Shown one piece after another: positions 8,863 through 17,799 of a stretch of 64,000 nucleotides of DNA. A program made the position numbers and the translations under genes. Position 1 is the first letter of the stretch; each line of letters begins with the position of its first letter. The stretch lies in the IMG/VR virus record IMGVR_UViG_3300032330_001078, positions 2,575-66,574 of that record; one strand, given 5' to 3'. The DNA comes from a virus. Its lineage: Duplodnaviria; Caudoviricetes. Below the pieces are notes generated by a model that worked only from the letters and a program-made list of their open reading frames with translations, made no database searches and was not told the DNA's origin.

Positions 8863-9728
8863 ATAAGATTCGTCAAAGTATTCATTCAATGATTGGCATG
8901 AAGACTGTCGCCAATGAAATGGATAGTTTGGTTAATACTGCTTTGATTAATGAGCGTAGGCGCGAGGCTGGCTTGCCTGTGTCTAGTAGTTCTAATCATC
9001 TTGTGTTTACTGGTAATCCTGGAACAGGTAAGACTACTGTTGCGACCAAGCTTGCTGATTTGTACCACGCTACAGGTATTTTGCCTAAGAATACTGTTAC
9101 TGTTACTGGCCGCGATGAGTTGGTCGGTGAGTATGCTAACAACATTTCTAACAATGTCACCAAGATTTTTAATAAGGCACGCGGTGGTGTTTTGTTTGTT
9201 GATGAGGCTTACATGCTGTCTGATGATAATCTCGGCAAAGAAGCAGCCACTCAGTTGATGAAACTTATGGAAGAGCATAAGGACGATACTGTGGTGATTG
9301 TTGCTGGTTATCCTGACAAGATGAAAGAATTCATCAACATTAACCCTGGTATGAAGTCACGGTTCTCTCGTACTATTAATTTTCCTGATTATTCTGAGGC
9401 TGATCAAAAGAAAATTCTTTCGAGTATGTTTAAGGGCAATCAGGATAAAGTTAAAGACACGGCTACTGCTAGTGCTGTTTCTGCTGCTGTAAAGGTGTAC
9501 TCAAAGCAGGGTGGTAATGGTCGTGCTATGGAGCGTTTGCATTATGATTTGTATAAGGCTCGTTCTTCGCGTTTGGCTAATCAACCTAATGTGTCTGATA
9601 AAGATTTGAGCGTCTTTACTATTGAAGATGTTCAGAATGCTTTGGATCGTCAAGGATATAAGCCTCGCAAGCAAGCTGCTAAAAAACCGGCAAAGAGAGT
9701 GGAACAAAGTGAAGCGTTGGTGGGCTAG
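8640..9728 (+). CDS. CbbX/SpoVK/EccA-type AAA+ ATPase domain; frame open from 8640, first ATG at 8889
   Basis: HLVFTGNPGTGKTTVA (Walker A), GGVLFVDEAY (Walker B), VVIVAGY, NPGMKSRF..INFPDYS. Confidence 0.9.
   Translation, partial: RTPKSTGSSGAVTGANGEEPKQGLLVPTGSKLPEPKQGALVPTGSSLEQKPSVNAGDSNAQEPEPAVSEQEAKVDKIRQSIHSMIGMKTVANEMDSLVNTALINERRREAGLPVSSSSNHLVFTGNPGTGKTTVATKLADLYHATGILPKNTVTVTGRDELVGEYANNISNNVTKIFNKARGGVLFVDEAYMLSDDNLGKEAATQLMKLMEEHKDDTVVIVAGYPDKMKEFININPGMKSRFSRTINFPDYSEADQKKILSSMFKGNQDKVKDTATASAVSAAVKVYSKQGGNGRAMERLHYDLYKARSSRLANQPNVSDKDLSVFTIEDVQNALDRQGYKPRKQAAKKPAKRVEQSEALVG
8646..8690 (+). promoter_or_regulatory. Putative programmed -1 ribosomal frameshift signal
   Basis: In-phase heptamer C CCA AAA (8646-8652), 5-nt spacer, perfect 10-bp stem GGCTCCAGTG (8658-8667) / CACTGGAGCC (8675-8684). 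Confidence 0.75.
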
Positions 9729-12120
9729 TCCTGAAGACTCTATTGCTGCTTTGAGTGTCGTTGACGATTCTGATGTGGTCAATGGGGCGGGGGTAGCGTT
9801 CTTGGGCTATCACGGGCTTGTTCAGAAGGCTTTACAGCCATTGACTCAGGAAACTCTAGTAGATACACACAAAGTTCGCGAAGCCCTGTCTAAGGTTGAT
9901 TTAGAGCCTGTTATGAAGGCTTTAAGAGAAGCCACTAAGCCTGTTATGGGTGACGCTTCTGAGCGTTATGGCCAGTTGCTTGCTGAAGAAATACATAAGC
10001 GTGCTGTGGTGGCTACAGAGCGTCTTTTAAACACTTGGACTAATAACGGTATGCCTTGGCCTCAGGCTATTGAAAAAGCTGCTGAGGTTCATGGTGTTCC
10101 TTTGGAGCGTCTTGGGCGTTATGCAACTGTTATGAAGGCTGTTGGTATTACTCCGCTTGTTCGCGCTGATTATGCTGATCGTGAGTTGATGGCTTATGCA
10201 TCGGAGTTTGGTAATCGCGAGGCTGTTACTGATAACGCTTTAGTTATCAAGCAGGAAAAACAAATGAAGTTTAATGAAGAGGATCATCCGCGCAACCCTA
10301 ATGGTGAGTTTAAAAACAAAGAAGATAATGTTTCTTCGATTAGCGATAAGTTAAATAGGTTAAACCGTATTAATCGCATGAATCGCATTAACGGTGTTAA
10401 TCGTAAAGCTGCTGCGTCTAAGAAAACTGAAACTGTTACTGAAAAGCCAAAAGAAGAAAAAAAGTTTGAAGAAAAGCCTGCTTTTGGTGCGGTTAAGTAC
10501 GGTGCAGTTAAGTATGCTCCTGTTAATTACGGCAAGAAAACTTTTAAGGCTGTTAATTTTCCTCCGCGTACACCTGAAGGACCAAAAGAAACTGATTTTG
10601 AAAAAATTGATGACCCGTTTAGGTGGGACAAAACTGTCTATATACCTATTAGCGGAGAAACGTTTGAAAAAATTAAGTACACCTTGAATGGTTATTTCTT
10701 TATTGGTGAATTGGATAAAAATGGCGTTGAGGCCATTAATGAAGATGAAATGGAAGATTGGGTAAAGGCCCAAGGGAATGGCGCGACTGTAAAGTCTGGT
10801 ATTCAGGCTATGCGCGAAAATAATGTATTTCTTATGCGATCTAATTACACTCCGGTTAATCCAGCAACTATGGATGGCAAATTTGGTAGTAAAAAGGTTT
10901 ATGACAATTTGCATGAAGATACTGGCTCTGCGCATGTTGTTCCTAGAGCAAAATTTACTATGGTGCCTAATGGTGGCGAGTTATTGCAAGTTGGCGGTAA
11001 CAGCAACTTGGTGTTACAAGCTTGGTTAATTAATTTAGAAAACTCAGACTTTGATGATTTTTCTAAAAGCCTTCAATCCGCTCAATTGCAGCATTTTAAC
11101 GAAGAACATCCACGTGGAGAAGATGGAAAGTTTTCTTCTAAAGATGATGTTGTTGATATTCGCAATGCTCGTCTTGATCGTATGAATCGTATGAATCGTA
11201 TGAATAAGGTAAATAACAATAACCGAGCTGCACAGATGAAACGTTTAATAGAGCAGCGCAAGTTAATTGACGAGAAACAAGCTGAACTTGAGCAAAAGTT
11301 TGGCGACGTTAAATACGGCAGAGTTAAGTATAACGATAGAAAATTTGGCAATGTTACTTGGTCTAGCGTTAATTACGGCAATAAGCCATTGCCTAAGCCT
11401 TTAGATCTTGGCGATAAACTGGCTATGTTTGTTGGTATGGAGCAGGTTGGCGATATACATGATTTTGATTTGGCTAGTGCGATTCCTATTAAAATTGGTG
11501 ATGTTAAGGGTATAGAAGACTTCAAGTCACCTAGACCTTTAATTGATGAATCTATGTATGAAACATTAAATGATGACGTTCCTTCATCGAGCAGAACAAC
11601 TGCTTTACAAAAAATTACTGAAGATGCTGACACTTATTATGCTAGTCATGATGGTTACGCTACAGACAAATTTTATGCTACTGATAAGTATGGCGATAAA
11701 GAAAAATTTGATGGTTATTCTAATTTAGACGATGCAATGGAGTCTATTGCTAATAATGCCCCTAAAGATTTAGTCGAAGGAACAATTGTGTGGCAGCCTT
11801 TTCTTGAAGAGGTTAAAAATAATTATGGAGACGAAACTGATGATATTTATGTTGGCTGGGAAGGCAATGACATATCAGATGCTATTCGTGTGGTTTTAGG
11901 AAACAAAGAGGATTTTGCGGCTTTAAGGGACGGCAATGCTACAATTCAAGAGGTTGATGGTGTTAATTGTCTAGCTGATTTGCTTTTAAAGTCTACTAAT
12001 AATGGTGAAAAATTGAGTGTTAATTATGTTTTTGAACTTTTATTTGAGGGTGGAACTAAAAACAATATAGGCACTAATCCGCCAATTGAGGCATATACCA
12101 TTAAGATAAATAATAGTTAG
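9709..12120 (+). CDS. Hypothetical head-region protein with duplicated HPR-motif module
   Basis: Likely start GTG 9709 rather than TTG 9622; two copies of FNEE(D)HPR..G.F + RMNR repeats + FG.VKYG. Confidence 0.7.
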   Translation: MKRWWASPEDSIAALSVVDDSDVVNGAGVAFLGYHGLVQKALQPLTQETLVDTHKVREALSKVDLEPVMKALREATKPVMGDASERYGQLLAEEIHKRAVVATERLLNTWTNNGMPWPQAIEKAAEVHGVPLERLGRYATVMKAVGITPLVRADYADRELMAYASEFGNREAVTDNALVIKQEKQMKFNEEDHPRNPNGEFKNKEDNVSSISDKLNRLNRINRMNRINGVNRKAAASKKTETVTEKPKEEKKFEEKPAFGAVKYGAVKYAPVNYGKKTFKAVNFPPRTPEGPKETDFEKIDDPFRWDKTVYIPISGETFEKIKYTLNGYFFIGELDKNGVEAINEDEMEDWVKAQGNGATVKSGIQAMRENNVFLMRSNYTPVNPATMDGKFGSKKVYDNLHEDTGSAHVVPRAKFTMVPNGGELLQVGGNSNLVLQAWLINLENSDFDDFSKSLQSAQLQHFNEEHPRGEDGKFSSKDDVVDIRNARLDRMNRMNRMNKVNNNNRAAQMKRLIEQRKLIDEKQAELEQKFGDVKYGRVKYNDRKFGNVTWSSVNYGNKPLPKPLDLGDKLAMFVGMEQVGDIHDFDLASAIPIKIGDVKGIEDFKSPRPLIDESMYETLNDDVPSSSRTTALQKITEDADTYYASHDGYATDKFYATDKYGDKEKFDGYSNLDDAMESIANNAPKDLVEGTIVWQPFLEEVKNNYGDETDDIYVGWEGNDISDAIRVVLGNKEDFAALRDGNATIQEVDGVNCLADLLLKSTNNGEKLSVNYVFELLFEGGTKNNIGTNPPIEAYTIKINNS

Positions 12121-12128
12121 CAGGAGTT

Positions 12129-12845
12129 ATGATGGATTCATTTGAAGTTGTTAAGTCTTTGCACGAAGTCGACCCGGGCTTTGTCGAGCTTTGCAAAACC
12201 CTTTTTGGCGATGCTGTGCATGCCGAGGATGTATGGGAGTACTTGTATACCGTTGATGGTATTTCTAAGATGGACTCAGCTGACGTTCATGTTAATAATG
12301 CTGGTAGGGGAAAGTTAGTCCCGCGGGAGCGCACTCCTCAAATTCCTCGTGTCAAGGTTCCTAAGAAGATTAACCCTAAGATGAAAGACGGCACTATCAT
12401 CGATAACACTGATGCTATGAGCAAGTCTGATGATGATTTTGACATTACTTGGGCTGGCGAGTTTGCTAAGGCTGACGAGGATAAGCGTCAGGTTTTTGGT
12501 TGGGCTTCTATTGTTGAGGTTGATGGTCAGCCTGTTATTGATCGTCAGGGCGATTGGATTTCTCCTGAGGAAATTGAGAAGGCTGCTTACCAGTATGTTC
12601 TTAATTCTCGTAAGGCTGGGCATCAGCATAAGCGCGATGGGGACCAGCCATTCCATGCTGGTGACATGATTGAGTCTTTTGTTATGACTCCTGAGAAGGT
12701 TGAAAAGATGGGCTTGCCTGACTCCACTCCTATTGGTTGGTGGGTTGGCTACAAGATTCATGATGATGACGCGTGGCAGAAGGTTAAGAAGGGCGAAGTT
12801 ACTGGCTTTTCTATTCATGGCCGCGGTAAGCGTAAAGAAGCATAG
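12129..12845 (+). CDS. Prohead maturation protease, XkdF-like serine protease
   Basis: KRQVFGWAS, DRQGDWISPEEIEKAAY, GHQH, ESFV, GWWVGYKIHDDDAWQKVKKGEVTGFSIHG; RBS AGGAG. Confidence 0.85.
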   Translation: MMDSFEVVKSLHEVDPGFVELCKTLFGDAVHAEDVWEYLYTVDGISKMDSADVHVNNAGRGKLVPRERTPQIPRVKVPKKINPKMKDGTIIDNTDAMSKSDDDFDITWAGEFAKADEDKRQVFGWASIVEVDGQPVIDRQGDWISPEEIEKAAYQYVLNSRKAGHQHKRDGDQPFHAGDMIESFVMTPEKVEKMGLPDSTPIGWWVGYKIHDDDAWQKVKKGEVTGFSIHGRGKRKEA

Positions 12846-12847
12846 TT

Positions 12848-13336
12848 ATGGGTTATTTATCTGCAAATAACCAAAATACAACCAGCCCTTATGCTGGTTT
12901 TGCGGCAGCAGGCGGTGTAGGTGGCGCTGTTCTTGGCCACAAGTTTGGCGGCGGACCTAAAGGCGCTTTAGTTGGCGCAGCGCTTGGCGCGGCTGGGGTG
13001 GGCTCGCAAGCACGCTTTGTTAAAACCAAGAAGCCTAGTGTGAGCCAAACACTTACTGCAAGCAATGTTTCTAAAGGTACTAACTTTAAGGATTACGAAA
13101 ATCTTCCCGAGAATGTTCGTTCATGGACGGACAAGGGTCCTTTTATTCGTCGTAATCCTGTTTCTCCTACGGACATGCTTTCTTCTGGAATGATGATGGC
13201 TGAGGCTCAAGCTGCCGGTATGGGGCGTAATCTCACGCGTAAGCAAAAGAAGCGCATGGGTAATAATGTTAAGAATTATGGCGAGGGGCGTATGTTTATG
13301 TACAGTCCTCTTAGTCGTGGAAGTATGATGACGTGA
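12848..13336 (+). CDS. Gly/Ala-rich hypothetical protein
   Basis: Glycine-zipper N-terminal half, then NVSKG and a basic C-terminal half. Confidence 0.6.
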   Translation: MGYLSANNQNTTSPYAGFAAAGGVGGAVLGHKFGGGPKGALVGAALGAAGVGSQARFVKTKKPSVSQTLTASNVSKGTNFKDYENLPENVRSWTDKGPFIRRNPVSPTDMLSSGMMMAEAQAAGMGRNLTRKQKKRMGNNVKNYGEGRMFMYSPLSRGSMMT

Positions 13337-14712
13337 GTGGCGCTCCTTCTAACAAGCCTCAGTCTGAGAAAGAACTAAAGACTGCTAGGACTCTTAACAC
13401 TGTTGCCACTATTGGTGCTGGTCACGCTATTGTTGCTTCTACTCCTGCTGAGTGGCGTGCTAAGGTTCCTGGCCGTAAGAAGTTAGTTAGTGCTGGTTGG
13501 CTTAATGAGCCACAAGCTCATGTTAAAAAACCGCTTCCACCTAAGTTGGCGCGTTTAATGCCTAAGTCTGGTACTTCTGCAAAAATTGCTGCGGGGACTG
13601 CTGCTGGTGGTTGGCTTACTCTTCATGGTGGCGAGCTTGCTGGCGACATTATGGCCCGTAGGTCTATTAATAATCAAATCTCACAATTGCCAGAAAATAA
13701 GGGTAAGGTTGATTCTGTGAAAAAGAATGATCAGTCAATGATTAGCAAGGCCGAGGGTTCTGTTAGTCGTAATGGACACGGTAAAGCTTTGGACGCTACC
13801 GGTTCTTTAGCTATGGCAGGTGGTGGTGGTTATGCGCTTAGCCGTATACCAGGGTTTAAGGAGGCTTCGCGCGATGAAAAACTTACGCGTGCACTGGCTC
13901 CTTCACGTAACCGTTTTACGTTAGATGCTCAACGAGACATTATTGATGCTATGAAACGTAAAAGTCGCGCTGGCAATAAGGTTGCTGCTGGTGGTCTTTT
14001 GGCAGCAGCAGGTTTGGCTGAGCATGCTCATAGTAAAAAAGTAAATAAGTCTTTGGTTGAGGTTGCTAAGGGCGCTAATACTGCTACTGCTCTTGGCGCT
14101 ACTCCTACTATTGGATCTATTGCTGCACCTATTTACAATGCCACGCAAGCGCGAGATGGTCGTAAGGCTGCTGTTGCTGGCCGTACTTATGGATCTATGA
14201 TTGCTTACGGCACAGGCGCGGCAGCTCTTGGTACGGGTGCGCTGTATGCTAACGCTGCAAGAAAAGGCGCCAAGCCTATTGTTAATACTGCAGCTAAACC
14301 AGGTATAAGCCGCGCCGCAGCTACTTTTGGTCATAAGCCAGCTATTGCTGCGGGTCTTGGTGTTTTAGGCGGCTTGGGTTATGGCGCACGTCGCGCTAAC
14401 CAAAATGCTGTTAAGCGTGGCGACATTGTTAAGGCTTATCGTCGTTTTGATCCTGAGGCTGACCGTCAGCGTCGCGCTGGTCTTTACACTGGTGTTGGCG
14501 TTTTGGGTGCGGGTTTGGCTGGTCGTGAGGCTGCTAATCATTTCACGACTAAGGCAAAAGACGTTCAGGGTGTCACGGTTCGCGGTGTTGTGGCAAAGCC
14601 TAAGAAGGGCAAGTTGGGTCTAGGTTTGGCTGCTGTTGCTGGTGCTTCTGGTGCTTTTGGTGCTCATTCGTACAAGAGTGGTTTATCTACTCGTAATCAG
14701 CCTTGGACATAA
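13333..14712 (+). CDS. Basic Gly/Ala-rich hypothetical protein with many hydrophobic segments
   Basis: GTGA overlap; repeated K/R-flanked GxxxG segments; ISKA, VNKS, VAKG, IVKA motifs. Confidence 0.65.
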   Translation: MSGAPSNKPQSEKELKTARTLNTVATIGAGHAIVASTPAEWRAKVPGRKKLVSAGWLNEPQAHVKKPLPPKLARLMPKSGTSAKIAAGTAAGGWLTLHGGELAGDIMARRSINNQISQLPENKGKVDSVKKNDQSMISKAEGSVSRNGHGKALDATGSLAMAGGGGYALSRIPGFKEASRDEKLTRALAPSRNRFTLDAQRDIIDAMKRKSRAGNKVAAGGLLAAAGLAEHAHSKKVNKSLVEVAKGANTATALGATPTIGSIAAPIYNATQARDGRKAAVAGRTYGSMIAYGTGAAALGTGALYANAARKGAKPIVNTAAKPGISRAAATFGHKPAIAAGLGVLGGLGYGARRANQNAVKRGDIVKAYRRFDPEADRQRRAGLYTGVGVLGAGLAGREAANHFTTKAKDVQGVTVRGVVAKPKKGKLGLGLAAVAGASGAFGAHSYKSGLSTRNQPWT

Positions 14713-14765
14713 AAGTTCTTAAGTCTAATGCGAACCAACCAAATGTGTAAGAAGATTGGATTATT

Positions 14766-15773
14766 ATGAATCATAATGTTAAGAGACTGTTCGACATCGA
14801 AATCGATGAAGTGTCTGTAGTTGACCGTCCGGCCAATCAGCATGGTCTTATCGCTTTTGCAAAGAATGACTCTTTTGATGAATTGGAGACCGGAGTGCCT
14901 GAAGAACTGTATGACGAGACGGGTGAAGAAATCCCTGTTGAAGTTTTGGAACATGGCGATATTGTTTTTGATGCTGAGGGCAACGAGTTTGTCTATGTTG
15001 AAGATGATGAAGACGATGATGATGTTGAAAAGGCAATTGCTTTAGAGGCTGGAAACATCGGCGAAAGATTAGCTTCGCGTGGCGGTAAGCGCGTTGAGCA
15101 ATTCAAAGATTTCTTTGCACCTAAGACGGGTGCACGGAAGTGGCTACCTGGCCAAGTTGGTCCTGGTGGTCAGCAAGCATATAAAGATGCTCGCCAATTA
15201 AATAAAACGCGTGTTGGAATTGCAGGTGCTGGTGTACTTGGAGTTGGCGGCACGGGATACGCCTTATCAAAGGCAGAAATGAGTGATCATATGAGTCTAG
15301 GTGACTCGGTTCTAGAAGAACTAAGCAAAGCGGTCACCGAGCGTGATCGCGAATACATTATTGCTAAGGCAATGGATGAAGTTGAAATCGCAAAGGCTCA
15401 GGCTGCAGAAGCGTTCGAATATGCTGCTGCTCTTGAAGACGCTCGCGTTGAAGAAGCTTTCATCTCTAAGGCAGCAGAGTACAACCTACCTGTTGCGCCT
15501 GAAGTATTCGGCCCTATCTTGAAGTCAATCGCTGAAGCGCTGACTGAGGATGAGTTGGAACTTCTTGACGAACTTTTCTCGGCTATCGGTGATTCACTGT
15601 ATGATGAGATTGGTTACGTTGGCGAATCTTCAAACTCTTCAGTACTTGACACTGTTAGTGGTCTTGCTTCTGAGTTTGTTGGCAAGTCAGACGTTTCCTA
15701 CGAACAGGCTTATGCTGCAATGTTCGAAGCTAACCCAAGCGCATATGACGCTTACCTAACCGAAGGACGATAA
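14766..15773 (+). CDS. Capsid scaffolding protein
   Basis: LFDIEIDEVSVVDRPAN N-terminus typical of scaffolds in XkdF-protease head modules; acidic and helical; sits before decoration and capsid genes. Confidence 0.75.
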   Translation: MNHNVKRLFDIEIDEVSVVDRPANQHGLIAFAKNDSFDELETGVPEELYDETGEEIPVEVLEHGDIVFDAEGNEFVYVEDDEDDDDVEKAIALEAGNIGERLASRGGKRVEQFKDFFAPKTGARKWLPGQVGPGGQQAYKDARQLNKTRVGIAGAGVLGVGGTGYALSKAEMSDHMSLGDSVLEELSKAVTERDREYIIAKAMDEVEIAKAQAAEAFEYAAALEDARVEEAFISKAAEYNLPVAPEVFGPILKSIAEALTEDELELLDELFSAIGDSLYDEIGYVGESSNSSVLDTVSGLASEFVGKSDVSYEQAYAAMFEANPSAYDAYLTEGR

Positions 15774-15776
15774 GCC

Positions 15777-16709
15777 ATGGCTTTTGAAGATACCCTCAAA
15801 TCTATCAGTCTGAATGCTGATAGCTCGATTGCTGGTTTTACTGGCGTATCGGGTGTTGCTGCAGGTGGTGGCCCGTCTACTTTCGTTAAGATTGCGTCCA
15901 TCACTGGTACCGATACAATTAATACATCTACCGCACACGGTTATTCTGTAGGCGATGTTGTTTACATTGCTAATGCAACTACTGCCGGTAACAATGGTGG
16001 TTTTACAGTTACAAGTATTGGTAGTTCTACGTCTTTCAAGACTGGCGCTACTTACACTAACCAAGCTGCTGCCGGCGGTACTGTTAACAAGACCAACTTT
16101 AACCAGTTGTACCGTTTTGTTAAGATCACTGGTGCTAAGACTGCTGGCCTTGTAACAAGCCCTAACGATTACTCAATTGGCGTTTTGCAGAATAAGCCAC
16201 AGTACACTGGTCAGGCTGCGCAGGTTGGTTTCCTAGGTGTTTCTTATGTAATCACTGGTGCTGGTGTTGCTTCTACTAACATCACTGCTGGTGACAAGAT
16301 TGCGCCGGATACACTGGGCGCTGCTACTAAGTACCTAGGTGGATTTAACAACGCACTTAACTACACTCAGGGTTCAACCTCTAGTACCTTCTCTTCACCA
16401 ACTGTCACAATGACTCTTGGTCCAGCAGGTTCTGCTACTACCTCTGACGTAACATCACACGGCGTACAGGTTGGCGACATCGTTAACATCTCGTACGCGA
16501 CAACTGCTGCTAACAACGGTACTTTTGTTGTAACTGCTGTTGGTGCTACTACAATCTCTTACATCAACGCTGCAGGCGCTGCTGAAGCCGGTCGTGCTTC
16601 TTCAGCTACCAAGGTACAGGTTGTTCGTCAGCAGGTTGTTGCTGGTACTGCACTCGCATCTTCGTCTACTCCAGGCGAACTAATCCCAGTTCTACTGGCC
16701 GCCCGATAA
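15777..16709 (+). CDS. Capsid decoration/cement protein (DUF2190-like) with two inserted beta-rich repeats
   Basis: LYRFVKITG..IGVLQNKP..AAQVGFLGVS..ITAGDKI and GTALASSSTPGELIPVLL; directly upstream of the major capsid gene. Confidence 0.7.
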   Translation: MAFEDTLKSISLNADSSIAGFTGVSGVAAGGGPSTFVKIASITGTDTINTSTAHGYSVGDVVYIANATTAGNNGGFTVTSIGSSTSFKTGATYTNQAAAGGTVNKTNFNQLYRFVKITGAKTAGLVTSPNDYSIGVLQNKPQYTGQAAQVGFLGVSYVITGAGVASTNITAGDKIAPDTLGAATKYLGGFNNALNYTQGSTSSTFSSPTVTMTLGPAGSATTSDVTSHGVQVGDIVNISYATTAANNGTFVVTAVGATTISYINAAGAAEAGRASSATKVQVVRQQVVAGTALASSSTPGELIPVLLAAR

Positions 16710-16729
16710 GGAATAGGTGAAATAGAAAA

Positions 16730-17797
16730 ATGCCAAATCCATCACAATCCGATCTGCACGTAAATGTGCCGCTGACTAATGTATCTATTGCATACATGCA
16801 GTCAGCTGATGCTTACATTGCAGACAAGGTGTTCCCTAAGGTTCCTGTTAAGAAGCAGTCGGACCTTTACTGGAAGTACAGCAAGAGCGATTGGCGTCGT
16901 ACTGACGTTGCTCGCCGTGCTCCTTCTACCGAGACTCCTGGTGTCGGTTGGAACGTAACCACCGAGCAGTACTTTGCTCACGTCTACGGCGTGCACAAGG
17001 ACATTGACGATCAGTTACGCGCCAATGCTGACAGCAACTTCATCTTGGACCGCGACAGCACCGAATTTGTTACTAATCAGCTTTTGCTGAAGCGTGACGT
17101 TGACTGGGCTAACACATTCTTTAAGACTGGTGTTTGGGATGTTGACTTCACTGCAGGCTCTGTTGCTTACAATGGTCTTACTCAGAATGGTTACTCTGGA
17201 GCAGGCTTTGCTTCTAAGTGGTCAGATGCTGGTTCAGATCCAATTGGTGACGTTGCTCGTTCTGTTATTGCTTTCCGCAAGCAGACTGGCTTTGCTCCAA
17301 ACGTAATGGTTCTTGGTGCTGATGTTATGACTGCTCTTAAGCAGCATCCAGATATCATTGACCGTATCAAGTACACTCAGCGCGGTATCGTGACTGAAGA
17401 CTTGATTGCGACAATGTTTGGTGTTAAGGAACTTTATACCTCTTACGCTACTGCTACTACTACTGCTACTGAAGTTAGCAATGGTACTGCAGCTCAGGGT
17501 AATGGTATTCAGGTTCCAGATGTTCGTGCGCAAGATGCTAACGCTTCTTTCAACTTCATCAATAACTCAAAGGCTGCGCTTTTGTGCTACTCACCTGCTA
17601 GCCCGTCTCTTATGACTCCAGCTGCAGGCTACACCTTTACTTGGAATGGCTACCTTGGTGGCAACTCTGAAGGTATCAAGATTAAGCGCTTCCGTATGGA
17701 GCACATTGCATCTGATCGTATCGAAGCAGAAATGACTTACGATATGAAGGTTGTTGCTCCAGACATGGGTGCTTTCTTCTCAAACGTGGTTGCATAA
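16730..17797 (+). CDS. Major capsid protein
   Basis: DLHVNVPLTNVSIAY, FPKVPVKKQSDLY, DRIEAEMTYDMKVVAPDMGAF; 355 aa; strongly biased codons. Confidence 0.9.
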   Translation: MPNPSQSDLHVNVPLTNVSIAYMQSADAYIADKVFPKVPVKKQSDLYWKYSKSDWRRTDVARRAPSTETPGVGWNVTTEQYFAHVYGVHKDIDDQLRANADSNFILDRDSTEFVTNQLLLKRDVDWANTFFKTGVWDVDFTAGSVAYNGLTQNGYSGAGFASKWSDAGSDPIGDVARSVIAFRKQTGFAPNVMVLGADVMTALKQHPDIIDRIKYTQRGIVTEDLIATMFGVKELYTSYATATTTATEVSNGTAAQGNGIQVPDVRAQDANASFNFINNSKAALLCYSPASPSLMTPAAGYTFTWNGYLGGNSEGIKIKRFRMEHIASDRIEAEMTYDMKVVAPDMGAFFSNVVA

Positions 17798-17799
17798 CC

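Noticed and set aside
9622-9708. N-terminal extension of the 832-aa ORF, and similar long extensions at 3430, 18622, 23142, 40284, 45687, 46865, 51868 and 61057
   Set aside because: They overlap upstream genes, promoters or terminators; better RBS-supported starts lie downstream
8889-9728. CbbX as a carbon-fixation auxiliary gene
   Set aside because: No Rubisco context; it sits in the head operon and appears fused to a structural-region protein
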